The notes beneath the pieces were generated by a model. It searched no databases and was not told the origin of the DNA. It saw nothing but the letters and a program-made list of their open reading frames with translations. This document shows, piece by piece, positions 17,521-28,700 of a stretch of DNA of 64,000 nucleotides. Both the position numbers and the translations under genes were made by a program. The stretch lies in IMG/VR virus record IMGVR_UViG_3300021289_000001. One strand, written 5' to 3'. This DNA is from a virus. How positions within the stretch are numbered: position 1 is the stretch's first letter; each line of letters starts with the position of its first letter.

Positions 17521-17934
17521 ATGTTAACTCATGCAAATGGCGGTAAATTAATCCACATGACAACGAATGGCAAGAAAACCTTTTGTGATAAGAAAGTTGG
17601 CGAAATGTGGTCTGTCTGGAAAGAGCCGTTGAGTGGCGGCGAAGTGATGAGCGATTGTCCACTCTGTGGCGGCCCCGCTGAATTTGAATATCATCGCGAA
17701 GAGTTGCGCCAAGCTTGCGCCGTACGTGCCGAACAAGAGCGCCAGCTAGAAGCGGAGCGAAAACAACGCAATGCCGAGGTGCGCCAAATCAGAGACGAAT
17801 TCGCCTTCGACTTGGCCGATTTGCTCAACAAGCACGCCATAGCGGTTACGATTCAACCGACTGGCTGGGCGAAGAAGTTGAAAATTGAGACAGAATATAA
17901 AGGTATCTCGATTAAAGTTGAGGTTGTAGTTTAA
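17521..17934 (+). CDS. Hypothetical protein with zinc ribbon and coiled coil
   Basis: HM...FC and CPLC motifs; SD AAGGA before ATG 17521. Confidence 0.6.
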   Translation: MLTHANGGKLIHMTTNGKKTFCDKKVGEMWSVWKEPLSGGEVMSDCPLCGGPAEFEYHREELRQACAVRAEQERQLEAERKQRNAEVRQIRDEFAFDLADLLNKHAIAVTIQPTGWAKKLKIETEYKGISIKVEVVV

Positions 17935-17978
17935 TATAATAGAGCGCCGCCGGTCGCCTTGTAACCGGCAAAGGAACC

Positions 17979-18191
17979 ATGATGACCAAGAAAAAAGACC
18001 CGTCCGAACTATTGCCCACCGGTCGCCGTCGCATCGATGGCACAACGCCTGAAAGCACGCCGGCAGATCCATCGGTCGTGCTACAATTAACGATTACCAC
18101 GTCACAGCGGGATTGGATGATGAGCGAAGCCAAGCGCCGTGGTATGAGCGCCAGCGCCTTACTAAGAAGTTGGATAGAGGAAAACAAATAA
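17979..18191 (+). CDS. Ribbon-helix-helix (CopG-like) DNA-binding protein
   Basis: VLQLTITTSQRDWMMSEAKRRGMSASALLRSWIE. Confidence 0.7.
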   Translation: MMTKKKDPSELLPTGRRRIDGTTPESTPADPSVVLQLTITTSQRDWMMSEAKRRGMSASALLRSWIEENK

Positions 18192-18275
18192 CCCTGCCGT
18201 CTGTGTTCCCCCTCAGCGCATCGCTGTCACAGATAGCAGGGTCATAGGAATAGTTTAGCAGTTTCTAGCCTATTG

Positions 18276-18452
18276 TCAAGCCTTTTCGTAGGTGACAACG
18301 ATAACCTGTACAGCCTTAGCGAAGAAGCCCAAGCAACCTGATTTTTGGTTTTCGGTGATGACGCTGACTATCTTCCAGCCTTTTTTGCCCATCTTGTTAG
18401 CATCTTTTTGGTATAACTGATTATTCCGATAAGTTTTGACTTCAATTGCCAT
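18276..18452 (-). CDS. Small hypothetical protein
   Basis: Start MAIEVK with SD GGAAAGGA. Confidence 0.55.
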   Translation of the reverse strand: MAIEVKTYRNNQLYQKDANKMGKKGWKIVSVITENQKSGCLGFFAKAVQVIVVTYEKA

Positions 18453-18619
18453 TCTGTTTTTCCTTTCCAAATAAATAAGCACGGTGATCTCAGAATAGCA
18501 TATTAATCGTTTGTTGAAACTTACACGTTGTTTACAAGCTGGTTTTCGTAAGGCTCCCCGGCGTGCCGCTAAACGCCGGAATAATTAGCCCCCAGTGGGC
18601 GGAAGGAACAGTGAATATT

Positions 18620-18898
18620 ATGGCAACAAAATTAGACAAGGGCTTGTTGTTTGGTGGAGCAGCAACCGGTGAGCAGGTATTGATTGATAATTTCATCAAT
18701 AACGATACTGTAATCGTTGTCGATGGTGCGGAGTTTTCGCACGGGAATATTGACCGGCATACGTGCGCCGGGTATGCTGTACCACGGATCTACCCTACGG
18801 CAGATGAATATCCGCACTGGATAGGATCAGAAGGATTTTTCCACCCTTCCAATGAAAAAGCGTGCCAGCTTACGCTCAAAGCTTATAGTTGCAGGTAA
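18620..18898 (+). CDS. Hypothetical protein
   Basis: SD AAGGA; start MATKLDK. Confidence 0.55.
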   Translation: MATKLDKGLLFGGAATGEQVLIDNFINNDTVIVVDGAEFSHGNIDRHTCAGYAVPRIYPTADEYPHWIGSEGFFHPSNEKACQLTLKAYSCR

Positions 18899-18993
18899 TC
18901 CACCCACCACGGCCCATACCCACCAGCGCGGCATACAGCACGAATTGTATAAACCGAAGGTGTACGAAGTGAAATAGAGAAAGGGAAAAAACC

Positions 18994-19188
18994 ATGAACG
19001 AACGAACAGACGAAGAAAAGAAAGTAATCTTGCGAGCAATCGGCTGGGTTCAAGCCGGCGATGACGGCGATGAATGGTGGCCGCCACCCCAAATAAAGGA
19101 ATTGCAGACCGATATGCTTACCGTGAATTTGACTGAAGCATATCGGATGACGGTGGACTTAGTAAACAAGCTTGTAAGCGACAACTAA
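18994..19188 (+). CDS. Hypothetical protein
   Basis: SD AAGGG; followed by a hairpin at about 19192-19227. Confidence 0.55.
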   Translation: MNERTDEEKKVILRAIGWVQAGDDGDEWWPPPQIKELQTDMLTVNLTEAYRMTVDLVNKLVSDN

Positions 19189-19385
19189 CAAAGGACAAGC
19201 CCAGTGCTTATGCTGGGCCTGTCCTTTAGTTCTGTACGAGGAACCAGACTTTCGCAATGCCGCTGGGGAATTGGAAATTTTGGATTTTATTTATTGTTTG
19301 GTAAACTAGGAATGTTCCATACAACAGACTCGACTTTCTAGAGCTGACGACTTCGATAGCGGCCCCTAATCTTCTGTCGAAGTCC

Positions 19386-19420
19386 AAGAAACCTGCCATT
19401 CCTGGCAGGTTTCTTGTTTT
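19386..19420. terminator. Terminator at the end of the virion operon
   Basis: AAGAAACCTGCCA-ttcc-TGGCAGGTTTCTT perfect 13-bp stem. Confidence 0.75.
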
Positions 19421-19422
19421 AT

Positions 19423-20400
19423 TCAGTTCTGTACGTAAAACCACGCCTTAGCGATGCCACTCGGAAAGCTCATCACATTAGGACATCCGCCGCACTTGCT
19501 CACAGCCCCACTACCTTTCGTAGACTTCACTTGAAAGCTGTGCCACCCATTCGCCAGCTTCGTTGTGTCAATCGAGAATGCAATCCATTTTTGGAAGTTG
19601 CCGTCCCGGTCAAACAAGTTGACCCCAGCACTGTCCAGCATCTCAGGCCAAGCGCCCGCCGCCGGAATGTAGTGCGATTTGTCCAGATCAACGGTCAAGT
19701 GTGCCGATGGTTGCTGGGCACGGGCGCGTAGGACCAGCGTACCGTTAACCGGCGCAATGGGCACGCAATCAATGATGGCGTTGGTGTAGTCAAACGACGT
19801 GTACCAGCCCCGCCCGATAAGCTGTGTTCCGTTGCAATCATGGCGGAAATCCGATGACGCCCCGCCATTGCGCACCAAAACCGGTATGCCGCTGCTGGAG
19901 ATCATCTGCTTGCCATCGGGTGTATCGATGTAGGATTTAACCCGCAGTTCGCGCCAGCCGTCTTTCATCAGCCGGGTATCCAGTTGCACATCAAAGCCCC
20001 AAGCGCACACGCCAGCGCAGGTCAAGTCGCCCATTTTTTTAACCACTAAATCTTTTGGCCGTTCGTCAGTAATGCTGAACCGGTGTAGCTTGCCAGGGTT
20101 GTCGTGCATCACAATCCGCACCGATAGCGCAAGCACGCCGGACACTTGCTTGCCAATAGGAATCAGAATTCCCGTATGTACATGCCCGTAAGCCGGTTGC
20201 CACCAAGCTTGCATCTCCACAGGGATAGCATCACGACTAAACGCACCGAACGACAGCGCCGCTACTTTACCGGCTACCGCTGGCATGGCGATAACTTCCG
20301 ACGTGTCAGCGGTAGTATCGCCGTCGCCCTCGTTATCTTGCGCATAGGCTGGCAACGTCAGCGCACATAGCAACATCAAAACTAAAAGTAATCTTTTCAT
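19423..20400 (-). CDS. Secreted protein with two Ig-like/beta-sandwich repeats
   Basis: Signal peptide MKRLLLVLMLLCALTLPAYA; repeated LDTRLMKDGWRELRVKS / IDTTKLANGWHSFQVKS. Confidence 0.65.
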   Translation of the reverse strand: MKRLLLVLMLLCALTLPAYAQDNEGDGDTTADTSEVIAMPAVAGKVAALSFGAFSRDAIPVEMQAWWQPAYGHVHTGILIPIGKQVSGVLALSVRIVMHDNPGKLHRFSITDERPKDLVVKKMGDLTCAGVCAWGFDVQLDTRLMKDGWRELRVKSYIDTPDGKQMISSSGIPVLVRNGGASSDFRHDCNGTQLIGRGWYTSFDYTNAIIDCVPIAPVNGTLVLRARAQQPSAHLTVDLDKSHYIPAAGAWPEMLDSAGVNLFDRDGNFQKWIAFSIDTTKLANGWHSFQVKSTKGSGAVSKCGGCPNVMSFPSGIAKAWFYVQN

Positions 20401-20410
20401 TATGTACCTC

Positions 20411-20698
20411 TCAAATTGACAATGCGTCGGCGGCCATCTGTGCGGCTTGCGCTGCGGCAAAGGCTTGCGCCTTGCGTACTGCGTTGCCGGTTGCCGTCTC
20501 CACAACAAAACGTTTCAGCGCTTGCACTAGGAAAACAAGCTTTTCCTGTGACGTGCCCTCAACGGGTCCGTTTTGCGCTTCGATAAATTCATTGACCAGC
20601 AAACCGGCTTTTTCGTTGGGGATCTCAATTGTTACCGGCTCTAAATCAGCGTACTCAAACGTTATCCTTGCCATGCTCCAGCCTTTCAATGCGTTCAT
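20411..20698 (-). CDS. Hypothetical tail-region protein
   Basis: ORF after the tail fibre. Confidence 0.55.
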   Translation of the reverse strand: MNALKGWSMARITFEYADLEPVTIEIPNEKAGLLVNEFIEAQNGPVEGTSQEKLVFLVQALKRFVVETATGNAVRKAQAFAAAQAAQMAADALSI

Positions 20699-21485
20699 TT
20701 AGCACCACAATGCTCTGGATAAGGTCATTAAACAATTGAATCTCATTTAATGCCTTGCCCGCCGGGTGATCCTCGTCCCTATCCATCCCGTAACGTGGCG
20801 CATCTTCCACGATAACGCCGTCAAATTCTTGCCCGTTGAAAGCGCCGTTTTTATAGGTGAATTTGTGTAGCGCCTTGCGGCCCGCTTCTAAGATATTTCT
20901 GAGGCTTTCCGCAGGGCTACACACGGCTCCCAGGATATTTTTAAATAATCGGCTGCTGGTCTGCGTGCCTATGACGGTGCCCGTGGTGCCGCTGGTCGGT
21001 TGCGTGTTAGCGCCAGCCGTGCGCAAGTTGCCGCTGGTATCAAACCACAGTGGATAGAAGTTAGCTGCTGAATCTTCCAGCAGAATAAAGCCGCCTGATG
21101 GTGTGCCGCCGTTGGAATTGCGGCCCACAAAGATCCGGCAGCCGAAGGATGCCCCGTTATTGAAGCTGGGCAATGACAAAAATGTGTCGTTGCTTTGCAA
21201 TGCCAGCTTGAAGCGCTCCACGCCGTTATACTGGCCCTCGATGGCAAAGCCACTCGTGCTTACTGGCATATTCAACGTGATAGCGTGAGCGCCGGTTAAT
21301 GTAGGTGCAATGGTTTGCGCCGCTGTGAAACTCTGCGTTTTTTCAAGTAAGGCAAACGTCGTCAAAGCGCCGGCGTCATCCAGCAATTTAAGAATGCTAG
21401 GCGTTGCCACTGTGGAGAATACCACAACGCCTTCGCTTGGCGTGCTCGGCGTGCTCGCCTCTTCCCTGATTCGTATTTGTCCCAT
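20655..21485 (-). CDS. Tail fibre/spike with C-terminal intramolecular chaperone (peptidase S74)
   Basis: TSSRLFKN autocleavage S..K motif followed by ...LIQSIVVLNERIERLE. Confidence 0.8.
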   Translation of the reverse strand: MGQIRIREEASTPSTPSEGVVVFSTVATPSILKLLDDAGALTTFALLEKTQSFTAAQTIAPTLTGAHAITLNMPVSTSGFAIEGQYNGVERFKLALQSNDTFLSLPSFNNGASFGCRIFVGRNSNGGTPSGGFILLEDSAANFYPLWFDTSGNLRTAGANTQPTSGTTGTVIGTQTSSRLFKNILGAVCSPAESLRNILEAGRKALHKFTYKNGAFNGQEFDGVIVEDAPRYGMDRDEDHPAGKALNEIQLFNDLIQSIVVLNERIERLEHGKDNV

Positions 21486-21700
21486 TAGATTATTACCAAA
21501 TCCCCTTGCACGTCTACTGTGCCGATGACCTCAAAGCGGTCAGCGACGATATACTGATAGTTGCCAAAGATGGTCAACGTCTGCCCATCAGCGATGACCC
21601 TGCGCACTTGTGGCCCATTTGCCCACAAGCTATCTGCCTTATGCACAAAATCAGCCTTGAGCAGATTCACCATTTCGCTATTGCGCTGTTGAATCGCCAT
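21485..21700 (-). CDS. Small tail-associated protein
   Basis: Coupled ORF in the tail module. Confidence 0.55.
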   Translation of the reverse strand: MAIQQRNSEMVNLLKADFVHKADSLWANGPQVRRVIADGQTLTIFGNYQYIVADRFEVIGTVDVQGDLVII

Positions 21701-22866
21701 TAGCTAAATCCCCCGATGCCTAACTGGTTCAGCTTTTGCTCAATCTTAAACGTGTGGGCGCCGTTAATCGTCAGCGTATCCGGTGCCCTGAATGAAACTG
21801 TCTCGGCAAAAATAGCCCGTGCGTCATTATCCAAATCAGCCTCTTGCGCTTTCGCTGGTAACAGATCCGCTACCCAGATCCACGCGCCAGGTCTAATTCG
21901 CCACGGTGCCACCACGCCGCCGATGTTGTCTAGAATAATGCTTGCACCTTCCCTAAGTGGGCGCAGATACTTAATGCTTTGGCTTATCGGCTGGTACACG
22001 GCGCGCCGGTTTTCGTAGAGGCCGAAGGTGTAACGGTTGCCCGAAATATCCCCAAGGTTGACAATACCTTTTATAATATCACTCGCCATATTGTCGTCTT
22101 GCTCATAGGATGATACTTGCAAGGTGTTGGCGGTAATGCCGGTTAGGTCTGTGCTGATAGTGCTGTTTGGCTCGGCTTGCAAGATGGCCTTGAGCTTGTC
22201 CGAAACGTTAACCAGCGCCGTGGCTGTGTTGTTGTACGGAAATCTACCCAGTAGCGCCTGATAGCCCACACAATCAAGCCTTAATTCAAATGCCGAATTT
22301 TGCGCCGGTACCGTCAAATCCTCGCTGCGCGTTGGTCTACTCAGTTTGTCCAAAGTCAAGTTTAGCAGATAGGTGATCATGTCGTCCGATACGCCGCTGG
22401 TCGATAGAATCTTGGTGAGCGTGCCATATTTAGCAATACTCGCTGCGTTAGTCACATAGTCCGTAGATAGCCGCAGACCAGACAGAACAACGCCCGTAGA
22501 CGTGTCAAAAGACGAATAGATAAGCTTTATCTTGTTGGCGATGTCCAGATATGGCCCGATGGTTTTGCGCACCCCGGCTACATTGATCTCGATCTGATTG
22601 ACAAAACCTTCCCACACCACACTATCAGCGTCAGCGCTAACCACCACGCGCCGCCCCAGCCCATTATCAAGCCAGTTTTCTAGCCTAGCCACACTTTCAC
22701 TGAGAGTCAAGCTGGCATCGAAAAAGCCTCCCACGTTGGCGATGGTGTGGGCATACGCCGTCGCCTGTTGTCCGTAGTCGCCATAGAATGCTCCGCCGCG
22801 CCACAACGGTTCGTAGATTGAGAGCGCTAGGCCACGCGCCGCAAAGGAAGTGTTAGCCATTGCCAC
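21700..22866 (-). CDS. Tail hub/baseplate (Tal-like) protein
   Basis: Second gene after the TMP; beta-rich; size consistent. Confidence 0.6.
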   Translation of the reverse strand: MAMANTSFAARGLALSIYEPLWRGGAFYGDYGQQATAYAHTIANVGGFFDASLTLSESVARLENWLDNGLGRRVVVSADADSVVWEGFVNQIEINVAGVRKTIGPYLDIANKIKLIYSSFDTSTGVVLSGLRLSTDYVTNAASIAKYGTLTKILSTSGVSDDMITYLLNLTLDKLSRPTRSEDLTVPAQNSAFELRLDCVGYQALLGRFPYNNTATALVNVSDKLKAILQAEPNSTISTDLTGITANTLQVSSYEQDDNMASDIIKGIVNLGDISGNRYTFGLYENRRAVYQPISQSIKYLRPLREGASIILDNIGGVVAPWRIRPGAWIWVADLLPAKAQEADLDNDARAIFAETVSFRAPDTLTINGAHTFKIEQKLNQLGIGGFS

Positions 22867-25738
22867 GGCCCCCTAGAAAACGCTCATGCGCGTACAGTTG
22901 TACCTGGTAGACCGGCGTGTACGGGCAAGCCATATATTCACCGTTCCAGATTTCACTGAGAAAATAGAAGCGTTGCGTCTTGCCCGGTTGTAACATGAGC
23001 GCGCCACTGGCCGATGGTCGCCACATAGACACGGCGGTATCCAAGCCGCCTGGTTTAATCATGGCCCGCAACTGGCGCTTGTGGTAACTAGCGCTGTCAA
23101 TGTCTAGTGTTGTGTTAATCGTCAAGCCGCCATAATTATTAATGTTGCTTTTGCCGGGATCTTCGAAGTAGCCCACCCATTCATCCACGGGGATTAAGAC
23201 AAGTTCGTACAGATTCGCTTGGGCGCTATAAGGCGCAATGCCCTTGGCTTGCACGTTGAAATAAAAGTTAGTGCCCACTTCGGTTGGGTCAAGATTCGCC
23301 TGTGTGCCAACGGTAAATTGCCCCATGTCCAGCAGCCGGGCTTTGCCTTTCGTGCTGACTACGGTGCGCAACGTCTTTTCTTCGCTCTCGGCATAGACTT
23401 GATCACCGATGTTTTTAAGCTGAAGCTTCAACGTAATCGCTTGATCAGTGCCATAGTAGCTGTAGCGCAAGAACGCTCGATACGTCCCATAGTAATCTTT
23501 GCTGGATGAGTTCGGATTGATGTTATAGCCGCCGCCCACATAATCCAGATAGTAGCCGGCGTAATTTTCGTAATTAATATTGGGTGTAATCTGCCAGTAA
23601 TAGCCGCTCGCCGTCGCCTGCCAGTCGGTCAACACAGAATAGGTGCCTGTGGCCGCCGGGTTGTAGGGAAGATTCGGAATCAGGTAAGGCTCAAAGGTTG
23701 CCCCGCGCGCCATGCTGCGCAGACCGATGCGCATACTGCTACCGCGCGTCCAGTTGTTGCCGTCGCCGCCGTCGTTGGCGTTGGTCAAGCGAAATTCAGC
23801 CAGTGCCGGGATGTCACCGCCAACACTGGTTACTTCCACATAATTGCGCGCCGGTGCATAAATGCTGCTCGCTGCTGGCGGTGTAGTCACCGCGCCGATG
23901 GCCGTCACTCTAAGCCTAATCCAGTTGGCGGTAATGCTGTTGATCGTTGTGGGCACCCAGTTCGCCGCTGGCACCCAAGACAATATGCCAGAACGTTTCA
24001 AGCCTTGTGTCGCATCGACCAACTCCGGCAACGCCACCCACGCCGACCCGTTCCAGTATTCATAAACTAGCGTCGTCGTTTTGTTGTTGGCGGTCAAAGT
24101 GAAACTATAAGCATTAGGCAATGAACGGATGTCACCCAAATTGTTACGGATGACACCTAGATACAGGATGTCACCGACTGCTACCGTGCTCGGCAATAGA
24201 TTGCTGCCGCTTGTGCTCACAGCGCCGCCCAGGTTGGTGTAGCCCGATGGACTTGCATCAAACACGGTGATATAGGCCAGCATCGGCTCAGTAGAGCGGT
24301 TGCCGATGTAGATAGGCGTGTTGCAGTTTGTTGGCGTCAGCGGTCCACTGGCCACGGTAGCAAAAGACTCTTCGTAGATAACGTTAGAGTTCCAAGCGAA
24401 CAGACTGCCCAGCGCACTCTCGGCAAGGCCGCCCGATGCGCTGCCGACGCCGCCCGTGGGATTCTCGAAGATCCACGCCAGCCCATTGTCAATCGAATAA
24501 TAAACGCCCGCCGCCTCGCTGTAATAGACCGTGTTTTTTGTTGGGGAATAGTATAGATAGGTCGCCGCGTTGGTTTGTTTCAGCATGACAAAGTTTTGGC
24601 CATCGTCAAACGAAATATCGATTTGACTTGCCGTGCCATTGCTATAGGTGCCAAGCAACGCAATGCGATTATTGAAAGTGATAATGGAATAGTAAGGCCC
24701 AATCGAGTTGGCTTGCGTGATAGCAAAAGCGCCGCCTTTGGGTTGGCGCCAAACGTCGTAGGCATCCCCGGCAATCACAGCGCCTGTGCTTGTGGCAAGC
24801 AGCGCCTTCACAGCGCCATTAAACACGCTGCTGTAGGTTGACCACGCCCCGCCGCTGGCCGATTGCACCCTGATAATGCTATCGCCGCCGCATAGTAAAC
24901 GACCATCAGGCAAGATGGTGAAGGAGTAGCAATTTGCACTCGATACTTCCTGCGTCCAACTGCCACCGGCCAGGGTTGCCGACCAGATACCGCTGTTGGT
25001 GTTGGCGCCCGCTGGCCTTGCCACAGCAGCGTATAATTTTCCGAACGCCACAGTAAACTGATAAGCCAGATTGCCAGCGCTCAGGGCTTTGGATGTTGAC
25101 CATGATGCGCCGTTGTTGGTTGATATGACGATGTTGGGATCTGAACCGGCGAACATATTGCCATTGCTCGCCACGGTGTACAGCCCAGCGCTAGCCGTGG
25201 CCGTACCGGTGCGGCTGTTCCAGCTTGGCACATAGTTCTGCCAGGTGACGGCGTTGTTGATAGCTTTGCACGCTGGCGCATTGGGCGGATTTGCAAGCCA
25301 AGCGCTGCGGATAACCGCCAGATCCATGTCAATCATGGCGCTGCCAACGTTGCCGGCGAACGGTTGGTCGTACATATCGCCGTAGTCCTGCGTACCACCG
25401 CCGAAAATCAACGCATAGCGGCGGCTCGTTTCGTCACTGGCGCGGCTAACCAGGTAGACCAAACTATTTTCAGCATCGTTGCTGAAATAGTTTTCAGCCT
25501 GTACCAAGATGCCATCGAGCGCCCGCTGATTGGCGATGGTTTCATTTTGGTTTTTGCCAACGATTTTGATTGTGTAAGACTCAGTAACGGTCTTGTACAG
25601 GTTGGCAAAGATTGATTCTGTCTCACGCTGCGCACGGGCAAAGCGCACACGATCAACGCCGATCCCATAGCCGGTTTGGTTTACGCCCAGTAAGTTGACG
25701 ACTTTGACACCATCGGTTAAGTAAAGTTCAGCGAACAT
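22853..25738 (-). CDS. Distal tail (Dit-like) protein with inserted beta-propeller
   Basis: Directly after the TMP; Asp-box repeats STNNGASW, SFDDGQNF, SIDNGLAW. Confidence 0.65.
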   Translation of the reverse strand: MFAELYLTDGVKVVNLLGVNQTGYGIGVDRVRFARAQRETESIFANLYKTVTESYTIKIVGKNQNETIANQRALDGILVQAENYFSNDAENSLVYLVSRASDETSRRYALIFGGGTQDYGDMYDQPFAGNVGSAMIDMDLAVIRSAWLANPPNAPACKAINNAVTWQNYVPSWNSRTGTATASAGLYTVASNGNMFAGSDPNIVISTNNGASWSTSKALSAGNLAYQFTVAFGKLYAAVARPAGANTNSGIWSATLAGGSWTQEVSSANCYSFTILPDGRLLCGGDSIIRVQSASGGAWSTYSSVFNGAVKALLATSTGAVIAGDAYDVWRQPKGGAFAITQANSIGPYYSIITFNNRIALLGTYSNGTASQIDISFDDGQNFVMLKQTNAATYLYYSPTKNTVYYSEAAGVYYSIDNGLAWIFENPTGGVGSASGGLAESALGSLFAWNSNVIYEESFATVASGPLTPTNCNTPIYIGNRSTEPMLAYITVFDASPSGYTNLGGAVSTSGSNLLPSTVAVGDILYLGVIRNNLGDIRSLPNAYSFTLTANNKTTTLVYEYWNGSAWVALPELVDATQGLKRSGILSWVPAANWVPTTINSITANWIRLRVTAIGAVTTPPAASSIYAPARNYVEVTSVGGDIPALAEFRLTNANDGGDGNNWTRGSSMRIGLRSMARGATFEPYLIPNLPYNPAATGTYSVLTDWQATASGYYWQITPNINYENYAGYYLDYVGGGYNINPNSSSKDYYGTYRAFLRYSYYGTDQAITLKLQLKNIGDQVYAESEEKTLRTVVSTKGKARLLDMGQFTVGTQANLDPTEVGTNFYFNVQAKGIAPYSAQANLYELVLIPVDEWVGYFEDPGKSNINNYGGLTINTTLDIDSASYHKRQLRAMIKPGGLDTAVSMWRPSASGALMLQPGKTQRFYFLSEIWNGEYMACPYTPVYQVQLYAHERFLGGRGNG

Positions 25739-28700
25739 TAGTTAATCGCCCTCTCTATAATTCGCTGTACCCGATTCTCAAACATCACTTCATCCATCGG
25801 CGTGTAAATGTTCACGCCGCCCATGCTCATGTTGATTGAGCGGTTCGATACCGGCCCATGCGCCACGGTCGCCGGTTGCATGAGCGGTCGAGAAAATGCT
25901 TGTTCCATGCCTTGCCCTAGACCCCATACAATATTCTTGCCGATGTCGGCAAAGACCTTCGATGGACTAGCAATGCCTAATTCTTTCTTGGTATTTTTGA
26001 TTAGCTGGTCAATTAGGCGCGTTGTGGCAATAGTGATGTCATTCGCCGTGGCATTGATGCCCATTGTCAAGCCTGTGAAAATATTCTCGTTGCCTAAGCC
26101 AGCGTCCTTGGCTTGCTTTATAAGGTCTAATTGTGTCTTGAGATTTGCCAGTTGGGTCTGCTTATCCGCCAAAGCAAGCGCTTCTGGCGTAAGCTGCTCC
26201 TGCGCTTTCTTGACCAGTGCATCCATCAGCCGGTTAGACGCCGTTAGCAAATCCGTAATGTTTGCGCCGCCGCCTAGCGCAATGCCATTGAAGATGCTGC
26301 CTAAGTTGACGCCGGCGCTTGTGGCTTTGCCGATAAGGTCAAGTTGAGACTGTAGAAAGTCCAGCTGATCCTGTTTCTTCTGTAGCGTCTTGGTAATGCC
26401 CAAAGCGTTATTATAGGCGTTGAGTGCATCGGTACGTTCGTTTTCCAGTAAAAGCACGCTGCGCAGTTTTGCCAGCAGAGGATCTAGCACGCTGCCCGCA
26501 TATTGCTTGGCAAGGCTTGACGCTACACCGCTGACATTTGTGTTTAGATCAACATTCAAACCTTTTTCAATGAGGCTCTTGCGCAATGCGTCAAAGTTCG
26601 CCTGATCCATCACCTCTTGCAGCATGCTCATTTTGCGTAGCGCATCAGTAGACATATTGTCGGCATTGTCGAAATAGTTACTGAAAACTTGCGACACGTT
26701 CCAGCCTAGCTTTGCCGCCTGGTCAAGCATGGCGCTTTGCTGATTGAGCATAGCGGTCATCGCATTGCGATTGTCAATGCCTAAGCCGTTGTTTGGCTGC
26801 GTGCCTTGCATAGCCGCAAGGATGGCTTGGCGATCACTCAGCAACTTGTCGACCTTGCCTAGCGCATCCGTGTCACCGGTGCGCACGTACATCGCTTGGG
26901 CCTGCTGTAACTGATTGCCTAAATCCTCGAACTGCTTGGTCAACTGGTCAAATTCAATTTTCTGAAAGAAGTTCATCGAATGCTTGCCTAGCGTTTCGGC
27001 TTGGCTCAGTTGTCCATTAAATTGCGCCATTGCGCCTTGCAAGTCGTAGATGCGCTGTAACTCTTTTTGCTCCTGTGCCAAGCGGTCTTTCGTAGCGTTG
27101 GCGAGATAAGCAGCGCTGTCCTTGATAGCTGATGCAATCTGCTCAGGCGTGGCCGTCGCAATGTTTGCGCCTTGCAGAATGATCCTGGGGTTTAGATTGT
27201 TATTCTTGATGATGTCAAGTAGCTTGATGCGGTCTTGTAGCTTCTGGTTAAAGCGGTCATAACCGGCCAGCGAAGCATTGAAAGCATCGCCGCCTAACAT
27301 GCCTTTATTTAAGTCACCCCAACTTTTGCCCAGGCTAACAATGTCGCTGAATGAACTGCTGAAATCCGAGAGCGCACGGTTGGCGCCGTAAAGTTTATCG
27401 GCCCAATCCATCCAGGTAGCGGAGAAGTCGCCCACGCCGCCTAGCCGCCGCATGACGTTCTCTAACGTGTCAACCAAAGCCCCGGCGCGCTGGCCCATGC
27501 CAACGATGATCCCATCAATAATCGAGCGCCCTAACGGTTTGTATTCTTTCGCCGGTGAACCAAAGCCGATAATGTCTTTGGCGAGACTTTCTAAGTCGCT
27601 TAGGATACCTTTTAACTTCGCCTTAAGCGCTGACGCCGCATTGGTAATGCCCTCGCCAATACCGTCGATAATGCTTTGGCCGATATCAGTCCAACCGGCA
27701 GCATTAAACGTGCTAATCATACTGCTGGCAATCTCAGTCACTTTGCTATAGATGCTGCTCGCCGCTTGCATTAAACCATTGCCGATAAGCGTTAAAATGT
27801 CAACGCCTAATTGTAGCCAGCCTGGTTGCTTAAAGGCGTTGATGATCCCTGTCGTAATATCGCTAATCGTTGAAATAATTTGCGGTAAAGCGCTGGCGAC
27901 GCCATTATTGACAAACAGCGAAATATCGCTACCGTACCGTTGCCAATTCGGTGACAGTAGCGTTGTTTTGATTTTATCGGTAATGCCCTGCGTCGTTGCG
28001 CTGATACTTTCGGCTGAACTGGCAAAGCCCTGCTTAAAGCTTGCCATTGCCGATTCAGCTGCGCCACCCCAGCCGGCCGCGTTAAATGTTTCAATAAAGC
28101 CTTTGGCAAAGCCGGCGGCTAACTCAGTGAACAGATGCGCCACGGTGCGCAAGCCAGCGATGATCATATTGCCGCTACTGGCCCCAGCGCTGTTAAAGTC
28201 GCCTTTGGTAAAGCCGTCAATCAGCGCCTTAGCTAGTTCAAGCGCCGCCGATGCGATGGCCGCCACGCCTGCTAGAATGCCCGTGGTGACGCTACCGATA
28301 AAGCGCCCGACCGCTGGTCCTATTTTGGGAATGGCGTCTTTGTCAAGCCAGCTAACGGCCGCGGTCGCCCACTCGCTAAAGCTAGCCGTGATCGAACTGC
28401 TTCCGCTACTAATTGCGCCGGTAATGCTGCTGATGTAGCTACCCGCCGCTGCTACCGCTTTAGGCGTTGCGCCTGTTATCCATTGCACACCGGCTGTAGC
28501 GTAGTCAGCAAAAGCGGCTGTCCAGTTGGCTAGATTACCGGCAACTTCGCTGACTAAGCCGCCAACGAAGGTCGACATTGGTCCTGCTGCTTGGCCCGCC
28601 ACATCAGCCAACCATGCCACCGCAGCAGCCGCATAGTCAGCGAAAGCCGCTGCCCATGTCGCCAGATTACTAGCCACGGTTGTCACTAGACCGCCCACAA

